Source: an uncultured Candidatus Saccharibacteria bacterium
Lineage (GTDB): Bacteria; Patescibacteriota; Minisyncoccia; Phycocordibacterales; UBA9973
Assembly: GCA_964441495.1 (NCBI GenBank)
Contig: CAYTXV010000001.1
Location: 58,851 to 122,850, forward strand
DNA: 64,000 bases
Direction: 5' to 3'
Shown here: positions 9,980 to 20,252 of the stretch, one piece after another
How positions within the stretch are numbered: the first letter of the stretch is position 1
Layout of the letters: each line of letters opens with the position of its first letter
Notes under the pieces: generated by a model
Told to the model about the DNA's origin: nothing
Seen by the model: the letters and a program-made list of their open reading frames with translations, nothing else
Database searches by the model: none
Translations under genes and position numbers: made by a program

Positions 9980-11833
9980 ATGGAACAAAAACAACAACCA
10001 ACACAACGAAAATCATTTTCAAAACCAAAGCGCTCATTTGGCAATCGTCGTTCATTTGACCGCGCACGCCGCCCAGCACATCCAGGACTCACTGCTGATG
10101 TGATGGCAGAGCCAGTAGATCGCAAGACAGCACACATCCCTGATCCAACACCGGGAACTATACGCATCATCCCGCTTGGTGGTGTCGAAGAAATCGGCAA
10201 AAACATGACCGCGATCGAGATCGGAGACGATATCATCGTCATCGATGCAGGTATGCACTTCTCCAACGAAGCAACGCCTGGCATCGACTACGTGATCCCC
10301 AACACACGCTACCTCGAAGAACGCAAAGGCAAAATCCGTGCGCTCATCATCACACACGGACACCTTGATCACATCGGTGGTGTACCACTCGTACTCTCAC
10401 GTATCGGCAACCCACCACTCTACTCTCGCAACCTCACCGTGCTTATGTGTCAGAAACGACAAGCAGAGTTCCCGCACCTGCCTCCGATGAACGCAATCGT
10501 CGTCGAAAACGACCAATCAATCACGCTCGGAAACATGAAGGTGCGCTTCTGGGGTGTGACACACACAATCCCTGACTCAATGGGTATCATCGTTGAGACT
10601 CCGTACGGCAACATCGTCACCCCTGGAGACTTCAAGCTCGACCAGATCGATGGTGTCGTTTCAGAGCGCGAAGAAGAAGAGTACAAGCAGTTTGACAATG
10701 CAAACAACCTCCTCTTGATGACTGACTCTACCAACATCGAAAACGAAGGGTTCTCGCTTGCAGAAATCAAAGTACACCAAGGTATCGAAGCGATTCTTCG
10801 TCGTGAGAAAAACAACCGCATCTTTATCGCAGCGTTCGCATCGCACATCACTCGCCTCATCCGTATCGTTGAGATCGCAGAAGAGCTCGGCAAAAAGGTC
10901 GTGGTCGAGGGTCGCTCGATGAAAACCAACATCGATGTCATCATCCAAGCAGGACTCCTCAAGCCACAAAAGGGGACAATCATCCCTGTTGAAGATATCG
11001 ACAAGTACCCACCTGATCGCGTCCTCGTACTCATCACAGGAGCGCAAGGTGAAGAGTTTGGTGCGCTCAACCGTGCGGCAAACAAAACCAACAAAAAGAT
11101 CTCGCTTCGCAAAGGCGATCGCATCATCCTCTCTGCATCTGTTGTCCCTGGCAACGAACGTGCAGTCCAAGCAATGAAAGACGGCCTTTCTCGACAAGGT
11201 GTGAAGATCATCTCATACCGCACTCCTGGCGAAGAATACGTCCACGCAACTGGTCACGGTAACAAAGAAGACATCAAATGGCTCCACCGCAAGATTCATC
11301 CCAAGTTCTTCATCCCGATCCACGGCCACCACTACCACCTCGAACTTCACAAAGAGCTCGCGATGGAGCTTGGCATGCCTGAGGCAAACATCGTTGTCCC
11401 TGACAACGGAACTATCATCGAGATAACCCATGAAGGCACCAAAATCGGTGTTCGCAAAGAAAAGGCACCATCGTCTCCGATGATGGTTGATGGGTTCTCT
11501 GTCGGTGACGAACAAAACGTCGTCATCCGCGATCGTCAGATGCTCGCAGAAGACGGTATGTTTGTTGTGGTTGCAGTTGTCGATAGCAAAAACGGACTCC
11601 TACGCAAAAGCCCAGATCTCATCTCTCGCGGATTTGTGTACCTCAAAGAAAACCAAGAACTCTTGAGACAAACACGTATCCTCGTCAAGCGCACAGTTGA
11701 AACTTCTTGGAAAAACATCAACCAAGCAGACCTCGATCCACTCAAAAACATCGTTGCAGAAACAGTGAGTAAATACTTGTTCCAAAAAACTGCAAAGCGT
11801 CCACTCGTGATCCCTGTTATACTAGTGTTGTAA
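9980..11833 (+). CDS. rnj: ribonuclease J (metallo-beta-lactamase / beta-CASP)
   Basis: HGHLDHIGG, beta-CASP motifs and a C-terminal domain; basic N-terminal extension. Confidence 0.9.
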   Translation: MEQKQQPTQRKSFSKPKRSFGNRRSFDRARRPAHPGLTADVMAEPVDRKTAHIPDPTPGTIRIIPLGGVEEIGKNMTAIEIGDDIIVIDAGMHFSNEATPGIDYVIPNTRYLEERKGKIRALIITHGHLDHIGGVPLVLSRIGNPPLYSRNLTVLMCQKRQAEFPHLPPMNAIVVENDQSITLGNMKVRFWGVTHTIPDSMGIIVETPYGNIVTPGDFKLDQIDGVVSEREEEEYKQFDNANNLLLMTDSTNIENEGFSLAEIKVHQGIEAILRREKNNRIFIAAFASHITRLIRIVEIAEELGKKVVVEGRSMKTNIDVIIQAGLLKPQKGTIIPVEDIDKYPPDRVLVLITGAQGEEFGALNRAANKTNKKISLRKGDRIILSASVVPGNERAVQAMKDGLSRQGVKIISYRTPGEEYVHATGHGNKEDIKWLHRKIHPKFFIPIHGHHYHLELHKELAMELGMPEANIVVPDNGTIIEITHEGTKIGVRKEKAPSSPMMVDGFSVGDEQNVVIRDRQMLAEDGMFVVVAVVDSKNGLLRKSPDLISRGFVYLKENQELLRQTRILVKRTVETSWKNINQADLDPLKNIVAETVSKYLFQKTAKRPLVIPVILVL

Positions 11834-12975
11834 TGAAACACCTGCGACCAGTATTTTTTGCATCGTTTTTTTTCTCACTACACCTCGCACTCCTCTCGTA
11901 CCTCAACTCGACCGTACTTGCGCTTCACACCAGTCCGCTTGGTGTAAGTAGTGCGTATACCATCGCATCAGCACTCTCACTCCTCCTCCTTATCGGAGCT
12001 GGCAATGTCGTGCGCAAAACTGGCTCGAGTAGATTTCTGATTGGGACACTGCTGTGTGCGGCACTTCTCCTTCTTGCGCTTGGTACGATCGCTCAGACGC
12101 ACTGGTTTGTGAGTGTGTTTATCGTGTATTTCTCGCTCAACAGTGTCATCTGGTACGGCTTTGACCTCGTGGTCGAGCACTATAGTCGTGAGCACAACAC
12201 GGGCAATATCCGCGGTATCTATCTGACCCTCAACAATGCAGGCTGGGTACTCGCACCGATGGCAGCAAGCCTCATCGCAACAACGATCGGCCTCACGGGG
12301 ACATACATTGCAGCGGCCATAGCGCTCGTTGCTGCCTGTGGACTCCTCCTTGGTATCAAACGTATCCGCAGCAGCACGCACCTTCCCAAGATCTCATTTA
12401 CCAAATCATTTCAAGCGCTCAGTGCACACCCGTATGCACGAAGGCTTGTCGTACTGTATTTTGTGATTCAGTTTTTCTTTGCATGGATGGTGATCTATCT
12501 GACTCCATACCTGACGAGTCTCGGATTTTCGATCGGGATGATCGGTATCATCCTCTCTGTGATGCTGCTGCCGTTTGTGTTGCTGCAATACTGGACAGGA
12601 AAGATTGCAGACAAACTTCACAATGAAAAGCAGCTCCTCATGGGAGGATTTGCGATTGCAGGGATTGCGACATATCTCCTTGCGCTTGATATCTCAACAA
12701 GCGCGCTCTTTTTTGCACTTGTACTGTTTGTGACACGTATCGGTGCGAGCATCATCGAAGTTGCAGCGGAAAGCGCGTTTTTCAAGCATGTCAGCGAGCG
12801 TGACACTGCGCTCATCGGGACGCTCCGTATGACTCTCCCGCTTGCCTACATCAGCGCACCACTTGCTGGCGCACTCGTACTTACCATCGGTAACACATCG
12901 CTTCTCTTTGGTGTACTGGCAACGATACTTATCCTTGCAGTTGTGTACGCTTCACGACTCGATCAGAGTGCATAG
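11833..12975 (+). CDS. MFS transporter
   Basis: 380 aa with about 12 predicted TM segments in a 6+6 organisation. Confidence 0.75.
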   Translation: MKHLRPVFFASFFFSLHLALLSYLNSTVLALHTSPLGVSSAYTIASALSLLLLIGAGNVVRKTGSSRFLIGTLLCAALLLLALGTIAQTHWFVSVFIVYFSLNSVIWYGFDLVVEHYSREHNTGNIRGIYLTLNNAGWVLAPMAASLIATTIGLTGTYIAAAIALVAACGLLLGIKRIRSSTHLPKISFTKSFQALSAHPYARRLVVLYFVIQFFFAWMVIYLTPYLTSLGFSIGMIGIILSVMLLPFVLLQYWTGKIADKLHNEKQLLMGGFAIAGIATYLLALDISTSALFFALVLFVTRIGASIIEVAAESAFFKHVSERDTALIGTLRMTLPLAYISAPLAGALVLTIGNTSLLFGVLATILILAVVYASRLDQSA

Positions 12976-13757
12976 CTCTTGCCACGCTTGTGTACCAAGC
13001 CTTCAGCGATGAGTGTTGGGAGTACTTCGTGTGCACGAGGGACTTTGGCAAGGAGCTTCGCTTCAGGTAGCGAACCGCCTACGAGTGTTTTAAGTACCGC
13101 ACCGCGCACTTCTCGAAGCGATCCTTTGAACACTGTCTGTTTCGTATAATGTGCACTCTGTGCATTGTTTTTTATACCGATACTTTTGAGATATGTGCCA
13201 TAGTCCATGAGGGCCCAGTACCACTGGCGTGGATTTGTTTTGCGCATTGTCCGCTTGATGATAGGCATGAGCTGTTTGTCACTGACACCCTCTTTGTCTT
13301 TGAAAAAGTGGTGGATATAGACAGTGCGTATGTTGGTCTCAATCACCGGCCAGGCTTTGTTGTATGCAAATGCATAGATTGCTCCAGCAGTATATGGACC
13401 GATGCCGGGAAGCTTCTCTAGACCCTCGATAGTCTCTGGAAATGTTCCTTTGTATTTCTCGACAACCACTTGTGCCATGTTGTAGAGAAATTTGGCGCGA
13501 CGATTATACCCGAGCCCGCTCCACAGATGAAGCACGTCTCGAAGGGACGCGCGCGCGAGTGCACGAACTGTTGGAAATGCCTTGATGAAGGCTTGATACT
13601 TGGGTAGTACACGAGCAACTTGGGTCTGCTGCAGCATGAGCTCAGAAACAGCGATCCTGTACGGATCACTGGTATGTCGCCATGGGAGGTCATGCCTCCC
13701 GTGGACTTTGTAGTACTTCATAACAGTTTGTACAAACTGGCGCTCTTGAGGAAACAT
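12963..13757 (-). CDS. HhH-GPD DNA glycosylase, MutY-like, lacking the Fe-S cluster loop and the NUDIX-like C-terminal domain
   Basis: VSELMLQQTQVARVLPKY...LHLWSGLGYNRRAKFLY...LPGIGPYTAGAI aligns with the MutY catalytic core. No Cys-X6-Cys-X2-Cys-X5-Cys motif is present; it overlaps the MFS 3' end convergently. Confidence 0.7.
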   Translation of the reverse strand: MFPQERQFVQTVMKYYKVHGRHDLPWRHTSDPYRIAVSELMLQQTQVARVLPKYQAFIKAFPTVRALARASLRDVLHLWSGLGYNRRAKFLYNMAQVVVEKYKGTFPETIEGLEKLPGIGPYTAGAIYAFAYNKAWPVIETNIRTVYIHHFFKDKEGVSDKQLMPIIKRTMRKTNPRQWYWALMDYGTYLKSIGIKNNAQSAHYTKQTVFKGSLREVRGAVLKTLVGGSLPEAKLLAKVPRAHEVLPTLIAEGLVHKRGKSYAL

Positions 13758-13809
13758 ATAGCGCTATAGTAACACAACAAAAGCCCCTTTAGGGCCTTTG
13801 AAACTATTG

Positions 13810-14088
13810 CTATTTGATAAGTTCGCGAAACTGGTTTTTGGTAATGCTGTACTTTTTCATGATCTCTTTGGGGCTTTTGCCGAGCGCGAGATCTTTGGCA
13901 AATTCGGCAGGATCAATGCCGAGCTTGTGCGTGAGTCGTTCAAATCGTGAGGTGCTGTTCTGGTGGTACTTGGGACCTTGGACAACGTCTGTTGCGACTA
14001 TCTCTGGCATCGCTGCAGCTATCGCTCCAGTTGAGTTGAAGTAGAGTATATACGCAAGCAGACCACTCGTTGCGATGATTTTTTTCAT
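13810..14088 (-). CDS. small secreted protein (signal peptide), unknown function
   Basis: 92 aa beginning MKKIIATSGLLAYILYF...AAAMPE. Confidence 0.4.
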   Translation of the reverse strand: MKKIIATSGLLAYILYFNSTGAIAAAMPEIVATDVVQGPKYHQNSTSRFERLTHKLGIDPAEFAKDLALGKSPKEIMKKYSITKNQFRELIK

Positions 14089-14234
14089 AATGTTTCAAAA
14101 TGCAATTACTTGTAGTAGTTGTGTGGCACGTACCTGTGCGATCCATCGATGTGCCACATATATCCACTATACCATGCACCACCAGGTGGTAGTATTAGAA
14201 TTGTGAATTGAGAAAAGTCAATACTACGAAACCC

Positions 14235-14609
14235 TCATTTATCCAAACTCTTGGACAAACCACAGTAGTCATCTCTACCTTGTAGCCATACCGCACCAAG
14301 CGCTACAAGGAGCCCTATATCACGAATACCGACTGCAGTAAGTCCAAGTGTCCAAACAATCATCAAAAGATGAAGTACAAGTAATGGCACTACAAATCGT
14401 ACCCCTACACCAAACACAAGAAGTGATCCTGTGATGATTTCAAACACAGCGTTGAACAACACCCACGTCTCTGCAGACGCAACCTTGGTGAGAAACTCTG
14501 GGATAAGTCCAGTCCACATAGTTTGGTCATAGAGCTGCGTAAACCCAAACCAGAGAAACACAAATGCAAGTCCAGTCCGAAGGACAAGTGGCGCGTATGA
14601 TTTATACAT
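14235..14609 (-). CDS. DoxX family membrane protein
   Basis: 124 aa with 4 TM segments in a DoxX-like pattern (LRTGLAFVFLWFG...). Confidence 0.7.
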   Translation of the reverse strand: MYKSYAPLVLRTGLAFVFLWFGFTQLYDQTMWTGLIPEFLTKVASAETWVLFNAVFEIITGSLLVFGVGVRFVVPLLVLHLLMIVWTLGLTAVGIRDIGLLVALGAVWLQGRDDYCGLSKSLDK

Positions 14610-14620
14610 ATAAACTACTC

Positions 14621-15085
14621 TTATTTGGCAAGTGTGCCTATTTTATAACTTGCAAGGACTCGTTCTGGACCACCCTGTCCACCATGTTGTTCGTTAAACG
14701 ATTCAGAACTATCCTCTCCACACATACTCAAGATAGCGCGTGATCCGCCTGGGTGTTTGGAAACCCAACTCGTGAGGTTGTACACGCCACCATTAACAAT
14801 GGTCCAACAATCAGACTGACTGCTGTGTGTTGCAACTTGTGCTGCAGTATACGTCTTGGGACCTGCTGTTGGAGTACTTGTTGTAGAAGTAGTTGGAGTT
14901 GTTGTTGGTTTGGGCGCGACAGGAGTAGTTGTCGGGCGAACAGATTCGCTTGGAGCTGATGTTTGCTCTGAAGCAACCTTGCTTTCTTGATCTACCTTTT
15001 GTGCATGTTGTACACCTGCGATGACAAGCGCAATAACTATGACGAGCACTCCTACAATGGCGGTGATTGATTTGGTATTTTGCAT
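14621..15085 (-). CDS. membrane-anchored cytochrome b5-like heme-binding domain protein
   Basis: N-terminal TM helix, Pro/Thr-rich linker, then YTAAQVATHSSQSDCWTIVNGGVYNLTSWVSKHPGG, a Cyt-b5 signature. Confidence 0.65.
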   Translation of the reverse strand: MQNTKSITAIVGVLVIVIALVIAGVQHAQKVDQESKVASEQTSAPSESVRPTTTPVAPKPTTTPTTSTTSTPTAGPKTYTAAQVATHSSQSDCWTIVNGGVYNLTSWVSKHPGGSRAILSMCGEDSSESFNEQHGGQGGPERVLASYKIGTLAK

Positions 15086-15103
15086 ATGCCTTCCAGTATA
15101 ACA

Positions 15104-15529
15104 CTAAACACCGAGCCGGGTCTTTGCGAAGGATTTGACGATCTCATGACTTTGTTGCCATGCATGCCAGACTGAAGCAGTCCACAGACCGATCATCGCA
15201 TCGCGTTTGGCTCCGTGTGGCTCACGGACAACCGTCGCAGCAGTGATCGAGCCACGCTTCTGAGGAAATATCACCGCCGGCCACTGATGCGGCCCAGCCG
15301 CAAGCTGCATGTGCGCATCCTGGATCTGCCGACCGGTATAGTGATGCTCGACGTGTAAGTACAGTCCGACAAGCGCAAAGATGAGTGCGATCGGCTTGGT
15401 GTCGAGTGTCGCAGTCTGTGCAGTATATGCATCAACGATGTACTGATGCACGAACTGCTCATCGGCTCGATGCAATGTGTCTACTGACAAGAGATCATAT
15501 GCGATACGGTCACTACGAGATGCGTCCAT
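15104..15529 (-). CDS. hypothetical protein with HVEHHY motif
   Basis: Complete ORF; start chosen at MDASRSDR. No confident family assignment. Confidence 0.45.
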   Translation of the reverse strand: MDASRSDRIAYDLLSVDTLHRADEQFVHQYIVDAYTAQTATLDTKPIALIFALVGLYLHVEHHYTGRQIQDAHMQLAAGPHQWPAVIFPQKRGSITAATVVREPHGAKRDAMIGLWTASVWHAWQQSHEIVKSFAKTRLGV

Positions 15530-15618
15530 GGTGTAAGTATAGCGCAGTTTTGCTTTTGTGTTACACAAAAATTGACTTATTTATAAAATATTATATAATG
15601 ATTAAAAATCTATCGCGT

Positions 15619-16548
15619 ATGAAAAAGTTCTTTTTATTTGTAATACCAAATTTTATCTTCTTAGTATTTGCTACCGCGCAAACCAAAGTTTACAAGACAA
15701 ATCATTTAAACATTGGTTTTGGTAAAGCAAGTAATTGCATTGAAAACAATCTTCTAATTTTTTGCGTTAACGGACCACTTGTCGACTCTGTTCATTACCC
15801 TGTTGGTGGATACATTGACAACGGTATCCGGAAACAAAAATGGATTGATCCTTTAAAAGCTACTGGAAATTTTTCTGTTGATAACGCTGTATTTGGCTTA
15901 GGTACAAATGGAAATTTCTGTATGATACCTTATTCGGATATAGCATCACTACCAGCTCTCACATGGGGATTTCAAAATGGACCCATGTTGGTAAAAAATG
16001 GAAAAAATATTCGAGGAACCTCAACAACTAAGTATCCGCGCTCCGGTAAGGAACTTTATGATCAGGTTCAAGGTCAGGTAAAAAGCCAGGTACTACGAAT
16101 ACAAGAACCGAAAGAATTCGCTTTCACAAAGATGATGTCGTGTGGTCTATGCGACTCTGGGATCTGTGCAGATGAGAAGTTTAAGAAGCTTAAAGATGGA
16201 TCTGTGAATAGGCACGTTTACTACAGCTGTACGAAGTCAAAAGATAAGTACTGCAAGTGTGGGTACATAAACGAAGTAGACCTTATAGAGCAATTTGAGA
16301 AACTACTCGATCGCATCAATATCAGTGAAATCGGAATGAAAGATAAGATCAAATACGAGGTTGAGCGAATTAAGAAGTTTCAACAATCAGTTTTGAATAT
16401 TAAACAGCAGATACAAATCAAAGACGTAGATATAAGAGACTACGCTAAATTTATTTTAAAGGACGGAGCAATTGAAGAGAAACGAGAACTGCTTACTTGC
16501 TTTAAGAGTAAAATACTACTCAAAGAAAAACAGATATACATTAGCTAA
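15619..16548 (+). pseudogene. chimeric ORF: secreted phosphodiester glycosidase-like N-terminus (15619-16047) fused in frame to a large-serine-recombinase zinc-ribbon + coiled-coil C-terminus (16048-16548)
   Basis: The signal peptide and GTNGNF...QNGPMLVKNGK resemble DUF2233/phosphodiester glycosidase proteins. The 3' part, FTKMMSCGLCDSGICADEKF...YYSCTKSKDKYCKCGYINE, matches the recombinase zinc beta-ribbon and tail. The region is AT-rich. Confidence 0.55.
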
Positions 16549-16936
16549 AATTAACTACAAAGTTATACATCCCCATACCACAAACTCCTTGGAGTGGTTC
16601 TCCTGCCTTGGGTGTTCCTACATCAATCACTTCTTCTCCAGTTTGAGCTAATATCTTTTGATATCCCAATGACTTGATTACAAGTGATGAAGAACAGTCG
16701 TAAGTACCGTTTGTCTTCATAATTAGTTTTGTAGGAATCCCTGCTTTTGCGTTAGATAGTTTTGGGGAGTATCCACCTTTAGCATCGACGGTTATGTATT
16801 GAATTCCATCTCTTACCTCAACATTCTGCATAGCCTGTGTTGATGCAGTTTTATCGCTACCTTTCGAACCTACAAAAATAGTACCGATTCCAATAATGAG
16901 TCCGATAGTGATAATTGATAAAGCAATTTTATTCAT
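16541..16936 (-). CDS. cupredoxin-like secreted/lipoprotein (copper operon accessory)
   Basis: N-terminal signal/TM, then CSSSLVIKS...GVCGMGMYNFVVNF, a cupredoxin-type Cu-site motif. It is the last gene of the cop operon. Confidence 0.6.
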   Translation of the reverse strand: MNKIALSIITIGLIIGIGTIFVGSKGSDKTASTQAMQNVEVRDGIQYITVDAKGGYSPKLSNAKAGIPTKLIMKTNGTYDCSSSLVIKSLGYQKILAQTGEEVIDVGTPKAGEPLQGVCGMGMYNFVVNFS

Positions 16937-16944
16937 AAAGTTAA

Positions 16945-17952
16945 TTATATATTAAATAATGGATTGATAATTCCGAGTCCTGCCAAGCCAGCAAGTAGTG
17001 CGAATAGTCCAAGACCGATCACCACAACTCCTGCGGATTTAAAGAATAAAGGCGCATGTCTTCCGTGCGCGAACGACGCAGACCCGAACGAGAGAAGTAA
17101 AAGCACTGGTAACGTCCCGAGGGCAAAAGCTAGCATGATAAACATTCCTGAACCAAAAGATCCACTACCTAATGCGGAAACCTGCATTGATTGGGTAAAG
17201 CCGCACGGTAAGAAAAATGTGGCAAAACCGAGAATGAGTGGAGTAAACGTTTTATGCTCAATTCTCCTGAAGAAATTAAAGATTCCAGACGGCAGAGCAA
17301 TTTTGTTCTTTTTAAAAACTCCAACCAGATTCAAACCTAACGTGAGCATCACAAGCGATGCCAAAAGACCTAATATTGCCGTAAGGGTAAAATTAATGCC
17401 GATAGCACTTCCTACAGCGCCAAGCACCCCACCCAATATTGCAAAGCTGACAATTCTTCCTATATGGAAGAGTAGAAACGTTTTGGTATCGCTCACATTG
17501 TCTTGAGATATCTTTGCTGATAGAGACAAAACCAATCCTCCCACTATAGCAAGACAGCTTGAAACCGAAGCTATGAGCCCAATAATGAAGCTTGTGATTG
17601 GTGTGGTCTGCCCACCGATCCCAAGATTAAGAATTCCTGATTTCTGTAATAAAAAGAACAACACCAGGAAACCAAGTCCAATCGGGAGAGCTTTCCAAAT
17701 AACATCGTCACTTTGTTTTTCCTTGACCGTTTTTTCAACGGAAAGAATATAACCATTAGATTTGATTTTATCTGTCAGCATATCTGCTAATTTTTCAGAG
17801 GAATAATCACTGTCAGTTTCTATTTCCACAATTTCATTCTTCAGATTGACTCGTGCATTTTGTATGAAGTCTTGTTCATTCAAGACATCCTCGATCAAGA
17901 TTTTGCATGATGCACAATGCGTACCAGATACGTGTAATATGTGTGTTTTCAT
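16945..17952 (-). CDS. HMA-domain fused to TauE/SafE (DsbD_2-like) permease
   Basis: N-terminal MxCxxC-like HCASC metal-binding domain followed by about 8 TM segments. Confidence 0.7.
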   Translation of the reverse strand: MKTHILHVSGTHCASCKILIEDVLNEQDFIQNARVNLKNEIVEIETDSDYSSEKLADMLTDKIKSNGYILSVEKTVKEKQSDDVIWKALPIGLGFLVLFFLLQKSGILNLGIGGQTTPITSFIIGLIASVSSCLAIVGGLVLSLSAKISQDNVSDTKTFLLFHIGRIVSFAILGGVLGAVGSAIGINFTLTAILGLLASLVMLTLGLNLVGVFKKNKIALPSGIFNFFRRIEHKTFTPLILGFATFFLPCGFTQSMQVSALGSGSFGSGMFIMLAFALGTLPVLLLLSFGSASFAHGRHAPLFFKSAGVVVIGLGLFALLAGLAGLGIINPLFNI

Positions 17953-17954
17953 AC

Positions 17955-20249
17955 TTATAATTTCTTAGCTTTAATGCGAAGTGAGTTCGAGACTACGGAG
18001 ACCGACGACATCGCCATAGCAAATCCAGCAAAAATAGGATTCAAAAGCCAACCAAAGATTGGATAGAAAGCACCTGCCGCAAGCGGTATACCAACGATGT
18101 TGTATATGAATGCCCAGAAAAGATTCTGCTTGATTCCTCTCATGGTAATTTTTGAAAGCTTAATGGCTTTTACGAGCTTTGAAATGTCCCCTCCAAGGAG
18201 GGTGATTCCTGCCGACTCAATCGCGACATCCGTACCTGTTCCCATGGCAATACCGACGTCAGCTTGGGCAAGTGCGGGAGCATCATTCACCCCATCACCT
18301 GCCATAGCGACAATACGACCCTGTGACTGGAGCTCTTTTATTTTTTCAAGCTTATCTTGTGGTAATACATGCGCCACAATGTCATCAATACCAACGAGTG
18401 ATCCGATATACTTAGCGGCTTTTTCATCGTCTCCTGTAAGCATAACCACTTTTATGCCGAGAGCATGAAGACTTTTGATAGCCTCTACTGACTCAGCCTT
18501 TATTTCGTCTGCCACCATCACAAAACCGAGTACCTTCTCTTTGGTAGCAAGAATGACTGGTGTCTTTCCTTGCGAGGTAAACTCATTTAACCTATCAGCG
18601 TCAAATGAAATTTTTAGGTCGGTCACAAGCTTCGCATTGCCCACAAAATATTCAGTGCCCCTGATCTCTCCCTTGAGACCTTTTCCTTGTATTCCTGCAA
18701 AGTTTGAAACATCAGATATCGAGATATTTTTCTCCTGTGCGTAGTTTACGATTGCATGTGCGATCGGATGCTCAGATTTTTTCTCAAGCGAAGCGAGAAT
18801 TGAAAGAAGTTCATCATCTTTCAAGTTTGCGAGGTTTTGTATGTCGACAAGTGTCGGCTTTCCTTTGGTTATTGTTCCTGTCTTGTCGACCACAACTGTG
18901 TTTACCTTATGAAGCTTTTCGAGAGTAGCCGCATCTTTGATGAGAATTCCTTCCTTGGCACCTTTGCCGACTCCAACAATTATTGCAGTTGGAGTAGCGA
19001 GACCAAGTGCACATGGACAAGCTATTACTAGGATTCCCACAAAGGATACGAGACCGAATGAAAGTGCCTGAGAAAATCCTAGATACTGCGACCCAATAAT
19101 GAGCCATGCACCGAGGGTAAGAAAAGCGATTATAAGAACTATGGGCACAAAGATGGCTGATATTTTGTCTGCCATTGCCTGTATTGGCGCCTTGCTTCCT
19201 TGAGCATCTTCAACCATCTTTATGATCTGAGCGAGCAGTGTCTCTGAACCAACCTTTGTAGCTTTAAAGGTGAATGATCCACTTGTATTCATTGTGCCAG
19301 ATACGACATTGTCGCCAATCTTTTTCTGGGCAGGCATCGGCTCTCCTGTAACCATCGATTCATCAATAAAAGATGAGCCTTCAGTGATGACACCATCAAC
19401 AGGAATTTTTGAGCCTGGCTTCACGATAATCAGATCTCCATGCTTTACGTCGTTTACTGGAATCTCTATTTCCTTTCCGTCACGAACAACCAATGCTGTT
19501 TTGGCTTGAAGATTGAGAAGTTTCTCGATCGCATCACCAGTCTTAATTTTAGACCTGGCTTCGAGGTATTTACCGAGCGCAATAAAGGTAATAACCACTA
19601 TCGTCACGTCATAGTACTGGTACTCGACGTTAATAAACGGCTTAAGAACGTCCTCAAAAGCACTGACGGCGAAACTGTATAAAAAAGCGGCTACCGTACC
19701 GATACCAATAAGGGTATCCATATTCGCTTTGCCGTATCGGAGAAATCTATAAAAACCAAGGAGGTACGGCTTACCAACTACAAAAAGGATATAGGTGGCA
19801 AATATCGGGAGAAGATGATGAAAGAATTCCTTGAGTGTGTAGCTCATTGCAGGAACGATGCTGTACTCAGCGAGAATATCCCAACCCATAACGAAAGCAG
19901 CAAAAACTGCCAGAGGAATTGCAGAGAGCACTTTCGTCCGCATGTCCGCAACTTCATTGAGCTTCTCTTTCTTTGACTGATTCAATCCCAAGTGAGCCGC
20001 ATGCTCACTTTCAGACATACCCATCTCGTTCGCTGTCTCGGGGACATCGAGTGAATATCCGAGAGGTTCGATATGCTTAGAGAGGTCGTGAGGACTTATT
20101 TTTGAAGGATCAAAGGAAACCTTGGCCTTCTCCGTTCCATAGTTCACCTCTGCAGAATGCACACCATCAACTTTCTTAAATGTTTTTTCAATAACAGATG
20201 AACATGAGGCACAATGCATTCCTTTTACGTTGTATGTTTGTGTGTGCAT
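17955..20249 (-). CDS. copA: copper-translocating P1B-type ATPase
   Basis: HMA domain (GMHCASC), CPC motif (ACPCALGLATP), DKTGT, TGDD and GDGVNDAP motifs. Confidence 0.9.
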   Translation of the reverse strand: MHTQTYNVKGMHCASCSSVIEKTFKKVDGVHSAEVNYGTEKAKVSFDPSKISPHDLSKHIEPLGYSLDVPETANEMGMSESEHAAHLGLNQSKKEKLNEVADMRTKVLSAIPLAVFAAFVMGWDILAEYSIVPAMSYTLKEFFHHLLPIFATYILFVVGKPYLLGFYRFLRYGKANMDTLIGIGTVAAFLYSFAVSAFEDVLKPFINVEYQYYDVTIVVITFIALGKYLEARSKIKTGDAIEKLLNLQAKTALVVRDGKEIEIPVNDVKHGDLIIVKPGSKIPVDGVITEGSSFIDESMVTGEPMPAQKKIGDNVVSGTMNTSGSFTFKATKVGSETLLAQIIKMVEDAQGSKAPIQAMADKISAIFVPIVLIIAFLTLGAWLIIGSQYLGFSQALSFGLVSFVGILVIACPCALGLATPTAIIVGVGKGAKEGILIKDAATLEKLHKVNTVVVDKTGTITKGKPTLVDIQNLANLKDDELLSILASLEKKSEHPIAHAIVNYAQEKNISISDVSNFAGIQGKGLKGEIRGTEYFVGNAKLVTDLKISFDADRLNEFTSQGKTPVILATKEKVLGFVMVADEIKAESVEAIKSLHALGIKVVMLTGDDEKAAKYIGSLVGIDDIVAHVLPQDKLEKIKELQSQGRIVAMAGDGVNDAPALAQADVGIAMGTGTDVAIESAGITLLGGDISKLVKAIKLSKITMRGIKQNLFWAFIYNIVGIPLAAGAFYPIFGWLLNPIFAGFAMAMSSVSVVSNSLRIKAKKL

Positions 20250-20252
20250 AAA

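Noticed and set aside
10450-11223. 257-aa minus-strand ORF inside rnj
   Set aside because: It is antisense to RNase J, which has strong family motifs.
13940-14182. 80-aa minus ORF and a 33-aa plus-strand peptide in the 14089-14234 gap
   Set aside because: They overlap the secreted-protein gene out of frame, and the gap contains only short palindromes. There is no support for a coding or RNA gene.
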